Of a DNA stretch of 36,592 bases, positions 9,770 to 19,555 are shown in pieces (position 1 is the first letter of the stretch; each line of letters opens with the position of its first letter). Location of the stretch: positions 1 through 36,592 of the IMG/VR virus record IMGVR_UViG_3300020045_011859; one strand, given 5' to 3'. A program made the translations under genes and the position numbers. The DNA comes from a virus (lineage: Duplodnaviria > Caudoviricetes). Below the pieces are notes generated by a model. That model ran no database searches. It was not told where the DNA came from and worked only from the letters and a program-made list of their open reading frames with translations.

Positions 9770-11488
9770 GTGGCAACACACGTTATTAATTATTTATGCG
9801 CCGGTGATACTTATATTGATGCTGACAACCCAAACCTCGCGTATGGGGGCAATAATCCGATTGTAATTGGAGGGTATTCATACCTTACTGGCTGGTCAGA
9901 TAAACGTCGATATACTGCATTTTTGCGATTCACAAAATCGGGATTACCCGCACGTAAAAGGGAGGTTTCCTCGAAATTAAAGCTGTATTTGTCAAGTGTT
10001 ATAGGTAGCGGGAATGGAATATCTTTTCAAACGGGTTCTCAGTACGACGCTTTAAATTTGGCGACGTTAAATTTTAATTCATTTGGTGGTCCTGCTATGG
10101 TATCGGGCAACACGACTGTGATGACTACAGTAGGATGGAACGAGATATTAATTACTGGTTTTGCAATGATAAACACAAGCACACTTGCTGTAGGACAGAA
10201 ACCTGATTTAGACACCGCTTATCAAGCAAACTTATGGAATTTTATATCAAATGAAGCTGGGTCAAACGCGCCATATGTAGAAGTTACCTATGAGGACGTT
10301 CCGCCAAGCCCATCAACAGGGCTTACGCCAACCGGATCATATGAAGTTTCCAGCGATATCATCCGGCTGGCATGGTTATATATCTCTACAGTGGGTGGTA
10401 CCCAAAAAGGATTCTCGGTTCAATGGTCAACCGATGGGGCTACCTGGAATACAATCTCCCAAACAACCGAAAATCAATATTATGACATGCCAGCCAATAC
10501 TCTCCCGGCAGGAAACATTTACTGGAGAGTCCAGACTGTCAATGAATACGACGAGGTTTCAGGCTATAGCAGCAATGCTGTTTTTTATTCGATTGCAGCT
10601 CCCACAACTCCGGTAGTTTCAGCTACAAATATAAGCAGACCAGTTGTATCGTGGACTTCGGATGCAGATCAACAGGTCTACCAGCTTCAAGCACTCTCTG
10701 GCGCAACGGTTGTCTATGATTCTGGCGTACTTGTCGGTATGACTACCAGGACACACGATGTAAAGGCATTTCTAATTGATGGTACCTATACCATCCAAGC
10801 TAGGTATAAAAATCAATATGATATCTGGAGCGCATGGGGAACACTCAGCCACGTTATATCCACCACAGAACCTGCAGCGCCTACATTGACATTATCAGGT
10901 GCAGACGATGGCATCGTGATCACACCAGGTAGTTTGTCAGCTTACGCGTCAGCAATATTATACAGAGACACTATCCCAATTGCGATCATTACAGGAGCAT
11001 ATACAGACCGATCAGTGGCACATGGGAAATCTTATGAATACTTTATCCGTGGAGTGACGGCAACCTCTTTTGCAGACAGCGCCCACAATTCAAGGGTAGC
11101 ATCCTTGGTGTCAGATTACCTTTCGCTGGCATCATCTCCAAGTACAAAAATTGCATTGACAACCAGCGCGGAAATCACCGGAGGGAAGTCGAGCAGGAAA
11201 AGCCAAGCGTCAACAGCTACTTATTATTTAGGCCGTTCACGGGCGGTACAAGAGTTCTCTGGGTTTGAGGATGTTGTCACTGCAGCCACTTATTACTTTT
11301 CAACCTACGCCGAAATTGAAGTTCTGGAAGCGATTGCAGACATGAGGCAGGTCGTATTGTTCAGGGATCGAAAAGGGCGTAAGCTTTACGGTACGGTGAC
11401 CCTCGGGATTACTACTGATACTGTATTCGGATTCACGGTCCCCATCACCATAACCGGTGTGGACTACGATGAGGAGGTAACTGTCTGA
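9770..11488 (+). CDS. Distal tail/minor tail protein with carbohydrate-binding-like and FN3-like domains
   Basis: Follows the tape measure gene. N-terminal DTYIDADNPNLAYG (DNRLRE-like), FN3-like YWRVQTVN, C-terminal VLFRDRKGRKLYG. Confidence 0.7.
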   Translation: MATHVINYLCAGDTYIDADNPNLAYGGNNPIVIGGYSYLTGWSDKRRYTAFLRFTKSGLPARKREVSSKLKLYLSSVIGSGNGISFQTGSQYDALNLATLNFNSFGGPAMVSGNTTVMTTVGWNEILITGFAMINTSTLAVGQKPDLDTAYQANLWNFISNEAGSNAPYVEVTYEDVPPSPSTGLTPTGSYEVSSDIIRLAWLYISTVGGTQKGFSVQWSTDGATWNTISQTTENQYYDMPANTLPAGNIYWRVQTVNEYDEVSGYSSNAVFYSIAAPTTPVVSATNISRPVVSWTSDADQQVYQLQALSGATVVYDSGVLVGMTTRTHDVKAFLIDGTYTIQARYKNQYDIWSAWGTLSHVISTTEPAAPTLTLSGADDGIVITPGSLSAYASAILYRDTIPIAIITGAYTDRSVAHGKSYEYFIRGVTATSFADSAHNSRVASLVSDYLSLASSPSTKIALTTSAEITGGKSSRKSQASTATYYLGRSRAVQEFSGFEDVVTAATYYFSTYAEIEVLEAIADMRQVVLFRDRKGRKLYGTVTLGITTDTVFGFTVPITITGVDYDEEVTV

Positions 11489-12606
11489 TGTTGGATCTTG
11501 CAATAGGTGGTTACTCCAAACAACAAGTGATGGACACTCTTCATGGAAAGTACGGCAGCCGGAATATTTCTTTCCGGCTTGCCTTATTAAACTCTAACGG
11601 GGTGGAGCTGGGAGAACTGACAGCAGAGCCGGGCGGATCAGTCGTCCAAAACAGTCAAGCGGAGATCACGAGGACAGCCAATTTCATTGTTAAAGAAACA
11701 GAAGCGCAGGACGTCAACTGGCTTAAGGATATGGTCCAACCATATTACCGGCTAAAAATGCCCGATGGTGCATGGATCGAGTGGCCACTGGGTGTGTTTT
11801 TATTGTCATCACCATCGCGCGCTCATGGATCAGGACGTGTCACCCGATCAATTGAGGCCTATGACAGGTCGTTAATCTTAAAAGAGGATAAGTTCACCAC
11901 TAGGTACCGAATCATAAAGACGACACTCTACACAGCAGCCATCGAAACAATCCTTGAAAGTGCAGGACTTTGGAAGATTAATATCACTGCTTCTTCACTG
12001 GCACTTTCGGCAGATAAGGAGTTCGATCCTGGTACAACAAAGCTGGAAGCCATCAATATATTGCTAATTGAGATTAATTACAATCCAATAACCTTCGATG
12101 AGAATGGTTATGCGGTGGCATCACCATACCAGGAGCCGAGCCTGCAGGAAGCTGACTACGAATACCGGACAAATGAAATGTCTGTCATTCTTCCGGGATC
12201 TATCGATGAACTGGATTTGTTTGCAGTCCCAAACGTGTGGACGAGGATAGCCTCAAATCCTGAAAAAGTATCCCTGATTGGAACCTATACGAATAGTCTG
12301 TCAACCTCACCGACCAGCACAATCAATAGGGGTCGCTCTATCGTTGATTATGACACAATTGACGATATCGCTGATCAAACAACACTGGATGCCTACGTCA
12401 AGAGGATTGCTTTTGAAGCATCACAGGTTTATGGTCGCTTTGTTTTTAACACAGCGGTCATGCCACACCATGGGTATCTTGATACCTTGTTTTGTGAACA
12501 TTCAGCATTAGGGATTGCATCGAAATATACAGAAATGTCGTGGAGGCTTGACCTATCAGCAGGTGGCAAGATGCAGCATGAAGCCAGGAGGATTATAAAA
12601 ATATGA
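11488..12606 (+). CDS. Tail hub/baseplate protein
   Basis: 372 aa coupled to the previous gene. WPLGVFLLSSP, IEAYDRSLIL, FDENG motifs. Confidence 0.7.
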   Translation: MLDLAIGGYSKQQVMDTLHGKYGSRNISFRLALLNSNGVELGELTAEPGGSVVQNSQAEITRTANFIVKETEAQDVNWLKDMVQPYYRLKMPDGAWIEWPLGVFLLSSPSRAHGSGRVTRSIEAYDRSLILKEDKFTTRYRIIKTTLYTAAIETILESAGLWKINITASSLALSADKEFDPGTTKLEAINILLIEINYNPITFDENGYAVASPYQEPSLQEADYEYRTNEMSVILPGSIDELDLFAVPNVWTRIASNPEKVSLIGTYTNSLSTSPTSTINRGRSIVDYDTIDDIADQTTLDAYVKRIAFEASQVYGRFVFNTAVMPHHGYLDTLFCEHSALGIASKYTEMSWRLDLSAGGKMQHEARRIIKI

Positions 12607-13157
12607 ACGAGATACCAGGTGCGGTCGAGGTATTGAAGCAGGCGCGGAATATCGAGTCTCCGCCTAATTTTAAGATGGGTAAAGTTTCGGCTTTGTTTGC
12701 AAACAGTACGGCAAAAGTATCATTTGATGGCGAAGGTGCTGCGTCTGAAAAACAGTACAGCTATCTATCAAGCTATAAGCCGGTTGTCAATGACAGGGTT
12801 CTGATGGCATACGTATCCGGCACTTATATCATCCTTGGTAAAATAAACTTCGAAGTAACACCAGGATTGGGTGCAACAACCATCAATGGGACATTAACCG
12901 TCAACGGATTGTTATCGGTTCCGAGTGCTGGAGATTTTCAGCTGGGGTCAACCTGCAGAGTTGGTTTTTTTGGGACTAGCATGACCAGTAAGACATCAGT
13001 ATCAGATCCATCAGCGATCACGGCTACCGGGACAGCGGATACAACGTATAGTTCCAATGAAGTTACGCTAATAAATTCACTAAAAACTGATGTTACAAAT
13101 TTAAGGACAACGGTATTAAATTTATGCAATGCCCTGCAGTCATACGGTCTTGTGTGA
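12603..13157 (+). CDS. Tail tip/spike protein
   Basis: OB-like N-terminus (GKV..AKVSFDGE..YKPVVNDRVL), then VGFFG and a C-terminal coiled coil ending ALQSYGLV. Confidence 0.6.
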   Translation: MNEIPGAVEVLKQARNIESPPNFKMGKVSALFANSTAKVSFDGEGAASEKQYSYLSSYKPVVNDRVLMAYVSGTYIILGKINFEVTPGLGATTINGTLTVNGLLSVPSAGDFQLGSTCRVGFFGTSMTSKTSVSDPSAITATGTADTTYSSNEVTLINSLKTDVTNLRTTVLNLCNALQSYGLV

Positions 13158-13169
13158 GGAGGTAATAAG

Positions 13170-13688
13170 ATGAAAAAAGTATTTATAGCGGCTGTAGTCT
13201 TCATCGTGGCAATACTCTTTCAGGGACTGATTCCGTATATCGCGCAGCCTCCTCCAGATGAGAGTGAATGCATCAAACGTATAGCCGGTTCAGCACTTGG
13301 CCGTGAGGTGGTAGAAATAAAAACAAGTACAAATTCAATCGATGTACTTGTTCTCACCGGAGGACTCTCAGAGCCCAAAAAGGGTATCACAAAAATATGT
13401 TTGAATACATCCCGGCTTGTTCAGAGGTTGCAGGATTATCCGAATGTACAGAAGATTCGAATATGGGTATTCAGCGAGGAGCGGAACACACCAGTATTTA
13501 TTATGTCTCTGACCAGTGATCGCTTCGCTGAGGTGGATTGGCGCCGGGTGAGGAAGAACATTAAGACAGATTATAACTCAATGCTTGCATTGGCGGACAA
13601 CCATTCGCTCAAGGAGGACCTGTGGGGAGATGCTGGATATCAGAAGAAAGTATTTCATATAAAAATGATCCTGAATGAAGACGAATGA
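13170..13688 (+). CDS. Membrane-anchored or exported hypothetical protein
   Basis: MKK plus hydrophobic N-terminal helix. GGAGG RBS. Confidence 0.65.
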   Translation: MKKVFIAAVVFIVAILFQGLIPYIAQPPPDESECIKRIAGSALGREVVEIKTSTNSIDVLVLTGGLSEPKKGITKICLNTSRLVQRLQDYPNVQKIRIWVFSEERNTPVFIMSLTSDRFAEVDWRRVRKNIKTDYNSMLALADNHSLKEDLWGDAGYQKKVFHIKMILNEDE

Positions 13689-13690
13689 GC

Positions 13691-13717
13691 TGTCAACCTG
13701 CCCGTGATATGATGAAA
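13691..13717 (+). promoter_or_regulatory. Putative late promoter, copy 2
   Basis: TGTCAACCTGCCCGTGATATGATGAAA upstream of the fibre cassette. Confidence 0.7.
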
Positions 13718-13770
13718 CAAGAGAATTACATACGTGTAACAAGGTTTATTAGGCGAAAGTTGGTGAGGAT

Positions 13771-13911
13771 ATGATCTTTACACTTGGGTTAAGACTTATG
13801 GGGATGATGCATCAAGTTGTCCAATCTACCACTGGCTGGGTGCTGACCACTTTAGGCATATGGGATGACGCAGGGATATGGGATGATACAAGAACATGGA
13901 CGGAGGTGTAG
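13771..13911 (+). CDS. 46-aa Trp-rich virion adaptor peptide (absent from ORF track)
   Basis: MIFTLGLRL...GIWDDAGIWDDTRTWTEV. GAGG RBS. Ends 3 nt before the next gene. Confidence 0.7.
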   Translation: MIFTLGLRLMGMMHQVVQSTTGWVLTTLGIWDDAGIWDDTRTWTEV

Positions 13912-13914
13912 ACC

Positions 13915-15282
13915 ATGGCAAAACAGGTTTTAAATAATGGTGATACTGGGTTGCAAATCAGGACAAAATTGAATGAAAATATGGCAGAATTGTATAATGG
14001 CGTTGGAAACCCTGTAGCTGGGAATATCCAATCTGAAACATTTGTTGCAACGGCAGGACAAACCGTGTTCCCGTTGACCGATACAGACGGTGACATCTTC
14101 CTGTTTTATGTGGATAAGGTTCAGCAAGATTTGACTGATGGATATAATCTTAATGCTGAAAAAAATCAAGCTACAACAACAAGTGGCGTTCCTGCTGGTA
14201 CAGCAGTAACGGCAATATATTACAAGGCATCTGCAATAGTCAGCAATATTATCGTAAAAAAAGCAGGAACTACAATTGGAACCAGAGCAGGAATAAATTT
14301 AATCGAAGGAGCCAATGTCACCATCACAGTAACTGACGATGCAGGAAACGGAGAAGTAGACATAACAATTGCATCCAGTGGTGAAGGTGGTGGAAGTGGA
14401 CACACAATACAGGACGAAGGAATTGGATTAACTGCAAGAACAAATTTAAACTTTGTTGGCGCAGGGGTAACAGTAACTGACGAAGAAGGAAGTAATACAA
14501 CGAAAGTAACCATAGCCGGCGGTGGGATCGATACGACTACTCCTGTTGTTACATATACTCATTCAGGGAATAGAGAAGTTGTTGTCAGTGCTGTTGATGT
14601 AGGCACTGATACTTTCACAAGCGTAGCGCACGGGTTGGTAAATGGTGATAAAATTGGACCGACATTAAATACAAATGTTGTTATTTCAACGAATGCTTAC
14701 CCACCAACATACTATCAAACACCAATCACCAATTTTGCAGGTGTTTATTATGTCGTTAACAAGACTGATAATACATTTCAACTATCATTAACAGCTGGTG
14801 GAGCTGCCATTGACCTAACCACAAACGCCACGCTTGATCTGACAAAATGGCACTTTGAAGTTTTCCCCGGTGATGTAACGATCACAAGTATACCTGATGC
14901 CAAAAAATATAAAGTGCTTATCTGTGGTAGATCATTGGGTGATTTCGCAACGGCAATATTTCAGGTAAATGCTGTAACTGGATCGGCAATAAAGGAAGCA
15001 TCGGCAACATTACAAGTGGTTAACTACCCTTGCATGGGGAGCATTTTTTCACGGTCTACTATTGAAATTGATTTTAGCAATGAACTGTTTCTTTTGTATG
15101 ATACATATTTGGCAAAAGTGAATGCAAATGCTGGTCAGTATAATGTTGCAGTTGATAGGAGAAAACTTATTGTTCCTTCAGCTAAAAATGAGAATATTAA
15201 TACATTGATATTTAAGTACACTAATGCGACATCACAGTGGGGCATGGCAAACGGAACAAAGGTTGAAATTTATAAAATGTAG
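13915..15282 (+). CDS. Fibre protein
   Basis: Thr/Gly-rich with an internal repeat (RAGINLIEGANVTITVTDD / RTNLNFVGAGVTVTDE) and Gly linkers. Confidence 0.75.
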   Translation: MAKQVLNNGDTGLQIRTKLNENMAELYNGVGNPVAGNIQSETFVATAGQTVFPLTDTDGDIFLFYVDKVQQDLTDGYNLNAEKNQATTTSGVPAGTAVTAIYYKASAIVSNIIVKKAGTTIGTRAGINLIEGANVTITVTDDAGNGEVDITIASSGEGGGSGHTIQDEGIGLTARTNLNFVGAGVTVTDEEGSNTTKVTIAGGGIDTTTPVVTYTHSGNREVVVSAVDVGTDTFTSVAHGLVNGDKIGPTLNTNVVISTNAYPPTYYQTPITNFAGVYYVVNKTDNTFQLSLTAGGAAIDLTTNATLDLTKWHFEVFPGDVTITSIPDAKKYKVLICGRSLGDFATAIFQVNAVTGSAIKEASATLQVVNYPCMGSIFSRSTIEIDFSNELFLLYDTYLAKVNANAGQYNVAVDRRKLIVPSAKNENINTLIFKYTNATSQWGMANGTKVEIYKM

Positions 15283-15290
15283 GGGGTTAT

Positions 15291-16751
15291 ATGAGTGTAG
15301 AAAAACTAAAAAAATCAAGTATTTATGGTGCAGAAATTGCAATGACAAATTTATCATTCATGGGAGCAGCCTTTGCTACAGATGCAGAATATTGTTCACA
15401 TGTTCCAAACAATTGTTTCTACGATCCTGTAATTGATAAAATCGTCCTATTCCACAATGACCAAGATTCACATGTCGGTGGGGTTGGTGTCCTGAGGCAC
15501 AGAACTTTTGATCCAAAAACACTAATTCCATCAGAACATACATTGGTTTATTCAGCATCTAACCGAAAAATCGGGACTACCAGTGCCATAAGAATGTTGA
15601 ATGGCGATTGGTTTGTAATTGCAAGGCAAACCAACGGAATGACAGTCGAAAAATATATTTGTCTTAAAAGCACAGATCAGGGTGCAAACTGGACTAATTG
15701 GGATTTGCTTGTTTCTCCTTCTGTCGGCACTTACCAAGATCAGTGTGCAGGATTATATCAATTATCGAGTGGTAGACTTATATGTGGGCTTGGTATACAA
15801 GGATATCACACATATGTTATGAGATCGGATGATATGGGTGTTACATGGACGTCAACTATTGCAGAAATACCAAGACATGCCAGCTATACAGGAGCAACAC
15901 CACACGAACCGAGATTTATTGAATTACCAAACAAACGAATCATGGCAATGCTTCGGGCAAGCATGAACGCCAACTTATACGCAAACGTCGAACCTGTGCT
16001 TTATTCATTCAGTGATGACCAAGGCTTGACATGGAGTAGACAAGTGGCAAGCCTTACACTCACTGATTGTACAGCAAACTATCCTCCAGCCGTGATCGAA
16101 CATAAATCGGAAGGATATCTTGAATTAATATGGGGATCACGATATATATGGGGAAGTGAAGGACATGGAAGGATCTATCAATCTATGGCAACATATGAAG
16201 ATGCCGAAAAAGATAATTGGCAAACGCCTGTTATTTTGGGGCATTATGCGGCAGAAGTGAATTTGTCCGCATATGATTGTGGATATCATGGAGCTTGTAT
16301 TGATACATATGGTGGAGTGCATTCATTCTTTTATGATCTTAAAACAAATGAGGCTGGAAAAACAAACTTAAAGTATATGTATGGTATCAAAGGAACAAAT
16401 TCAGTTGCTCAAACGGTTAAAGACATTGAAAAATATTATGTTAAAAAACCAACACACATTGATGTTATTGGCAACAAAACCCTGACCGCAAATGATATGT
16501 GGAGTGTGCAAGATTGTAAGGCAACAGCAGTTATTACAGTTCCATTGCACACTACAGCACCAATCCCTATATATACAGAAATCCCATTTTCGAGACTTAC
16601 AGATGGTGAGGTATCCTTTGTATCCGAATCTGCCGGAGTTCTTTTGCGAAACGAGAATAGTTATTTCAGGTTGTCCCACAAATATTCCACATGTGTACTT
16701 ATTAAAATAGGTGAAAACGAGTGGCTGTTGGTGGGATCTATGAAAGAGTAG
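15291..16751 (+). CDS. BNR/Asp-box (sialidase-like beta-propeller) protein with C-terminal fibre adaptor domain
   Basis: Three Asp boxes (STDQGANW, SDDMGVTW, SDDQGLTW). C-terminal ITVP...LIKIGENEWLLVG. Confidence 0.75.
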   Translation: MSVEKLKKSSIYGAEIAMTNLSFMGAAFATDAEYCSHVPNNCFYDPVIDKIVLFHNDQDSHVGGVGVLRHRTFDPKTLIPSEHTLVYSASNRKIGTTSAIRMLNGDWFVIARQTNGMTVEKYICLKSTDQGANWTNWDLLVSPSVGTYQDQCAGLYQLSSGRLICGLGIQGYHTYVMRSDDMGVTWTSTIAEIPRHASYTGATPHEPRFIELPNKRIMAMLRASMNANLYANVEPVLYSFSDDQGLTWSRQVASLTLTDCTANYPPAVIEHKSEGYLELIWGSRYIWGSEGHGRIYQSMATYEDAEKDNWQTPVILGHYAAEVNLSAYDCGYHGACIDTYGGVHSFFYDLKTNEAGKTNLKYMYGIKGTNSVAQTVKDIEKYYVKKPTHIDVIGNKTLTANDMWSVQDCKATAVITVPLHTTAPIPIYTEIPFSRLTDGEVSFVSESAGVLLRNENSYFRLSHKYSTCVLIKIGENEWLLVGSMKE

Positions 16752-16758
16752 GTGGAAT

Positions 16759-17547
16759 ATGAGTTTGCTCACAAGATACGGCATCATTCCTGCTGCAAAT
16801 ACTATTTTTGTGCCTGAAGGACAGACACGGTTAGAACTTGTACAGTCACTCGGCTGTACATTATATTTAGATGGTTTAAAAGCTGATGGGGTCGGATTAC
16901 CATTGAACAGCCCGCTATTAACAACATGGTCAGACTTAATTGGAGATAATGATTTTAGTCTAACTGGATTTGCTGGCACATCATTAAGTGGATGGAATAC
17001 GTATGATGTAGATAATCCATATCTGAAATTTGGTGGTGATAATGATAAAGGGTTATCGGCCAGTGATTTTGTACTTCCTGACAGCTTCACTGTATACACA
17101 AGAATAATATCTCCAAAGATATCGGGCGTTGATCAGAGGGCATGGATTGGCGTAGATAGGGCAGAAGGTGGAACAACTGGACTATTTGGAGTCGAAAGCC
17201 GATCTAGTCTTGGCGGTAAAATACTTGCTTATATGCGGAACACTGCTGGGGCAACGTTTACAGTACAATCGGATTCTGAATTTACAGAGGGAACGAGTGT
17301 AAAAGTAGCCATAACCTATAATGGTACAACAAAAGTAATCAAAATGTATATCAATGGAGTTTTACAAGCGTCAACAGCTACTCTTACTGGAACAAGAGGA
17401 ACATCAACAAATAAGTTGATGATTGGTGCAGGGTATTATGACCATAACCCATACCCGTATTACAATGGTGGGTTAAATAGCATTCTATTCTGTCCGTCAG
17501 AACTATCACAAGTAAACATACAAGCTATTGTAAGCAAAGGGATATAG
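16759..17547 (+). CDS. LamG/concanavalin-like lectin-fold adhesin
   Basis: TWSDLIG, LKFGG, FTV, VAITYNG..IKMYING, LMIGAG, YYNGGL motifs. Confidence 0.75.
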   Translation: MSLLTRYGIIPAANTIFVPEGQTRLELVQSLGCTLYLDGLKADGVGLPLNSPLLTTWSDLIGDNDFSLTGFAGTSLSGWNTYDVDNPYLKFGGDNDKGLSASDFVLPDSFTVYTRIISPKISGVDQRAWIGVDRAEGGTTGLFGVESRSSLGGKILAYMRNTAGATFTVQSDSEFTEGTSVKVAITYNGTTKVIKMYINGVLQASTATLTGTRGTSTNKLMIGAGYYDHNPYPYYNGGLNSILFCPSELSQVNIQAIVSKGI

Positions 17548-17587
17548 TACACAATAGACCGATATAACCACGAATCAATAAATCATG

Positions 17588-17615
17588 AAGCCACCCTGGG
17601 AGCGGGGTGGCTTTT
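17588..17615 (+). terminator. Intrinsic terminator closing the fibre cassette
   Basis: AAGCCACCC...GGGTGGCTT followed by TT. Confidence 0.75.
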
Positions 17616-17628
17616 CGCATATCAGGGT

Positions 17629-17655
17629 TGTCAACCAGCTCATGATATTATGAAA
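17629..17655 (+). promoter_or_regulatory. Putative late promoter, copy 3
   Basis: TGTCAACCAGCTCATGATATTATGAAA directly after the terminator and upstream of the lysis unit. Confidence 0.7.
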
Positions 17656-17696
17656 ATATAAGAAATTACAAACTACCATGAAAGGATGTAAATATA

Positions 17697-17972
17697 ATGC
17701 CAAAACGTGAAGATTGGTCCGATGCTGCTATGGGGGAATTCGGGACAAAGGAGATTATAGCAAGTGCCAATACAACAGCTCCAACGGGTCATTATTTTTG
17801 TGCCATCATTCCAACTGATGGAAGCATAGCAGTATCAGCTTATACACCTATTGATACTAAGACACATGCAAATCTGACTGCTCTTGGATCTATTAGTGCT
17901 TCAATACCTGTAAGGTTATCAGCAATAACACTTTCTTCGGGGAATGCCATAGGCATACTCAGAAAATTATAA
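17697..17972 (+). CDS. Small beta-rich virion protein, possible spike/fibre base
   Basis: 91 aa, AAAGGA RBS, C-terminal RLSAITLSSGNAIG. Confidence 0.55.
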   Translation: MPKREDWSDAAMGEFGTKEIIASANTTAPTGHYFCAIIPTDGSIAVSAYTPIDTKTHANLTALGSISASIPVRLSAITLSSGNAIGILRKL

Positions 17973-17995
17973 AATCATAAGGGGGGTACAATGTC

Positions 17996-18484
17996 ATGGA
18001 ATTGATTCAAAATGCAGGAACAAAAACATTTTTAGGGCTGTGTTGCGTGGTTCTATCTTATTTCAGGGATGCCATGAATGAGGTGTTTATCATATTATTG
18101 GGGGTTTTGATTCTTGACTATTTAACAGGAATCATCAACGGACTTCTGAATGGTGGCTTTTCGTTGGAGAAAGCACTCAAAGGAGTAGTCAAGAAATTAT
18201 CATATGGGTTTGTTGTTGCACTTGGGTTTGTCATCGATTTTTTAATTTTTTACTTAGCAAGCATGGGATATCCGGCACTTGGTTTTACTGGTATATTTGG
18301 AGTGGCTGTCTGTATTTATTTAATTGGAACAGAAGGTTTTTCTACAATTCAAAATGTATTACAGATAGGTGTTCCGGCTCCAAGCTGGCTGCAAAAAGCA
18401 TTTGGTCTGATGCGTGACAATGCCGGGAAATTGGTAAAACTTACTGATGCTGCAGTTACATTGGGAGGTGATCCAAGTGTCTAA
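17996..18484 (+). CDS. Phage holin (phage_holin_4_1-like)
   Basis: Several TM helices. LDYLTGI, KGVVKK, EGFSTIQNV..IGVPAP motifs. Confidence 0.9.
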   Translation: MELIQNAGTKTFLGLCCVVLSYFRDAMNEVFIILLGVLILDYLTGIINGLLNGGFSLEKALKGVVKKLSYGFVVALGFVIDFLIFYLASMGYPALGFTGIFGVAVCIYLIGTEGFSTIQNVLQIGVPAPSWLQKAFGLMRDNAGKLVKLTDAAVTLGGDPSV

Positions 18485-19163
18485 AGTATACTTATCACCT
18501 TCAACTCAGGAAGGAAATATCGGAAAACTGAATTATGGAACGGAAGAAGCGTTCTGTAATTTGGTAGTAGATGCCGCACAAAAGATTCTTGAAGCTCATG
18601 GTGTAACAGTATTCAGGAATAAGCCGACAATGACACTCAGGGAAGTTGTGGAACACTCCAACAACTGTAATGTTGATCTACATCTTGCCGTTCATACGAA
18701 CGCTTTTAAAGGCACTCAGCAAGGTTCACTCGTGATGATTCATAAAAAAGGCGGACAAGCTGAGAAGTTTGCAAACATATTGTATTCCAGGATATCTGCC
18801 TTGACTCCGTGGGCAGACTTAGGAATAAGAGAATCTTACGCATGGTTAGAAGGTGGAAAACCACTATATGAACCTGCTTATACTCACGCACCTTGCGCAC
18901 TGGTAGAGATGGATTTTCACGACAATGCGTCATCTGTACAATGGCTATTAGACAACATAGAAGCCCTTGGGCGTGAATGTGCTTATGCTGTTCTTGATTA
19001 CTTCGGACTGATTATTCTTTCTGACGCTGATAAGATGAAATTACTTATCAAGGAAAATGAAGGACTTAGGCTTGACGTGGAAGCATTACGGACAGATAGA
19101 GAAAAACTAGAAGCAAGAATAACGGCTAAGGAACAAATGGCAAAAGATCTATTGCTAATTTAG
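18477..19163 (+). CDS. Endolysin, N-acetylmuramoyl-L-alanine amidase (Amidase_3)
   Basis: KVYLSPSTQE, TEE, LAVHTNA, ALVEMDFHDN. GGAGG before GTG 18477. C-terminal coiled coil. Confidence 0.88.
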   Translation: MSKVYLSPSTQEGNIGKLNYGTEEAFCNLVVDAAQKILEAHGVTVFRNKPTMTLREVVEHSNNCNVDLHLAVHTNAFKGTQQGSLVMIHKKGGQAEKFANILYSRISALTPWADLGIRESYAWLEGGKPLYEPAYTHAPCALVEMDFHDNASSVQWLLDNIEALGRECAYAVLDYFGLIILSDADKMKLLIKENEGLRLDVEALRTDREKLEARITAKEQMAKDLLLI

Positions 19164-19181
19164 TATAGCCCTAATGGTTTT

Positions 19182-19220
19182 ATCACCCGGATTCTTAAAT
19201 GAACCGGGTGATTTTATTTT
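19182..19220 (+). terminator. Terminator after the lysis genes
   Basis: ATCACCCGG...CCGGGTGAT followed by TTTATTTT, between convergent genes. Confidence 0.75.
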
Positions 19221-19245
19221 CTCAATAATTTATCAATTGCTTCCA

Positions 19246-19512
19246 TTAATCGAGATTACCCACAAACTCAAGGCGTTCATTAATAACCGGAGTATATGAG
19301 TAACCTGTATTAAGAATAACATAAAGGGGTCCGTTTGTAGATTTGATTGCATTAAAATCGTTAGTTGATGCAGCGTCATATTCTTTAAACAAATCTAATG
19401 ATGAATCATATTTTTCAGCAAAACCGTACGCTAGTGCGAAATCGAGTGTTTTATAATCCATATTGTCGATATCAATAATTGATAGTTCTTGAAATAAATC
19501 AATTCTATTCAT
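19246..19512 (-). CDS. Hypothetical protein (moron)
   Basis: AGGAGG RBS before ATG 19512. No motif recognised. Confidence 0.6.
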   Translation of the reverse strand: MNRIDLFQELSIIDIDNMDYKTLDFALAYGFAEKYDSSLDLFKEYDAASTNDFNAIKSTNGPLYVILNTGYSYTPVINERLEFVGNLD

Positions 19513-19555
19513 AAAAGCCTCCTTCGCCGGTACAATGCCCCAGCTGGCTATCGTA

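Noticed and set aside
13915-17547. Diversity-generating retroelement or shufflon acting on the fibre genes
   Set aside because: No reverse transcriptase, template/variable repeat pair or inverted alternative C-termini seen.
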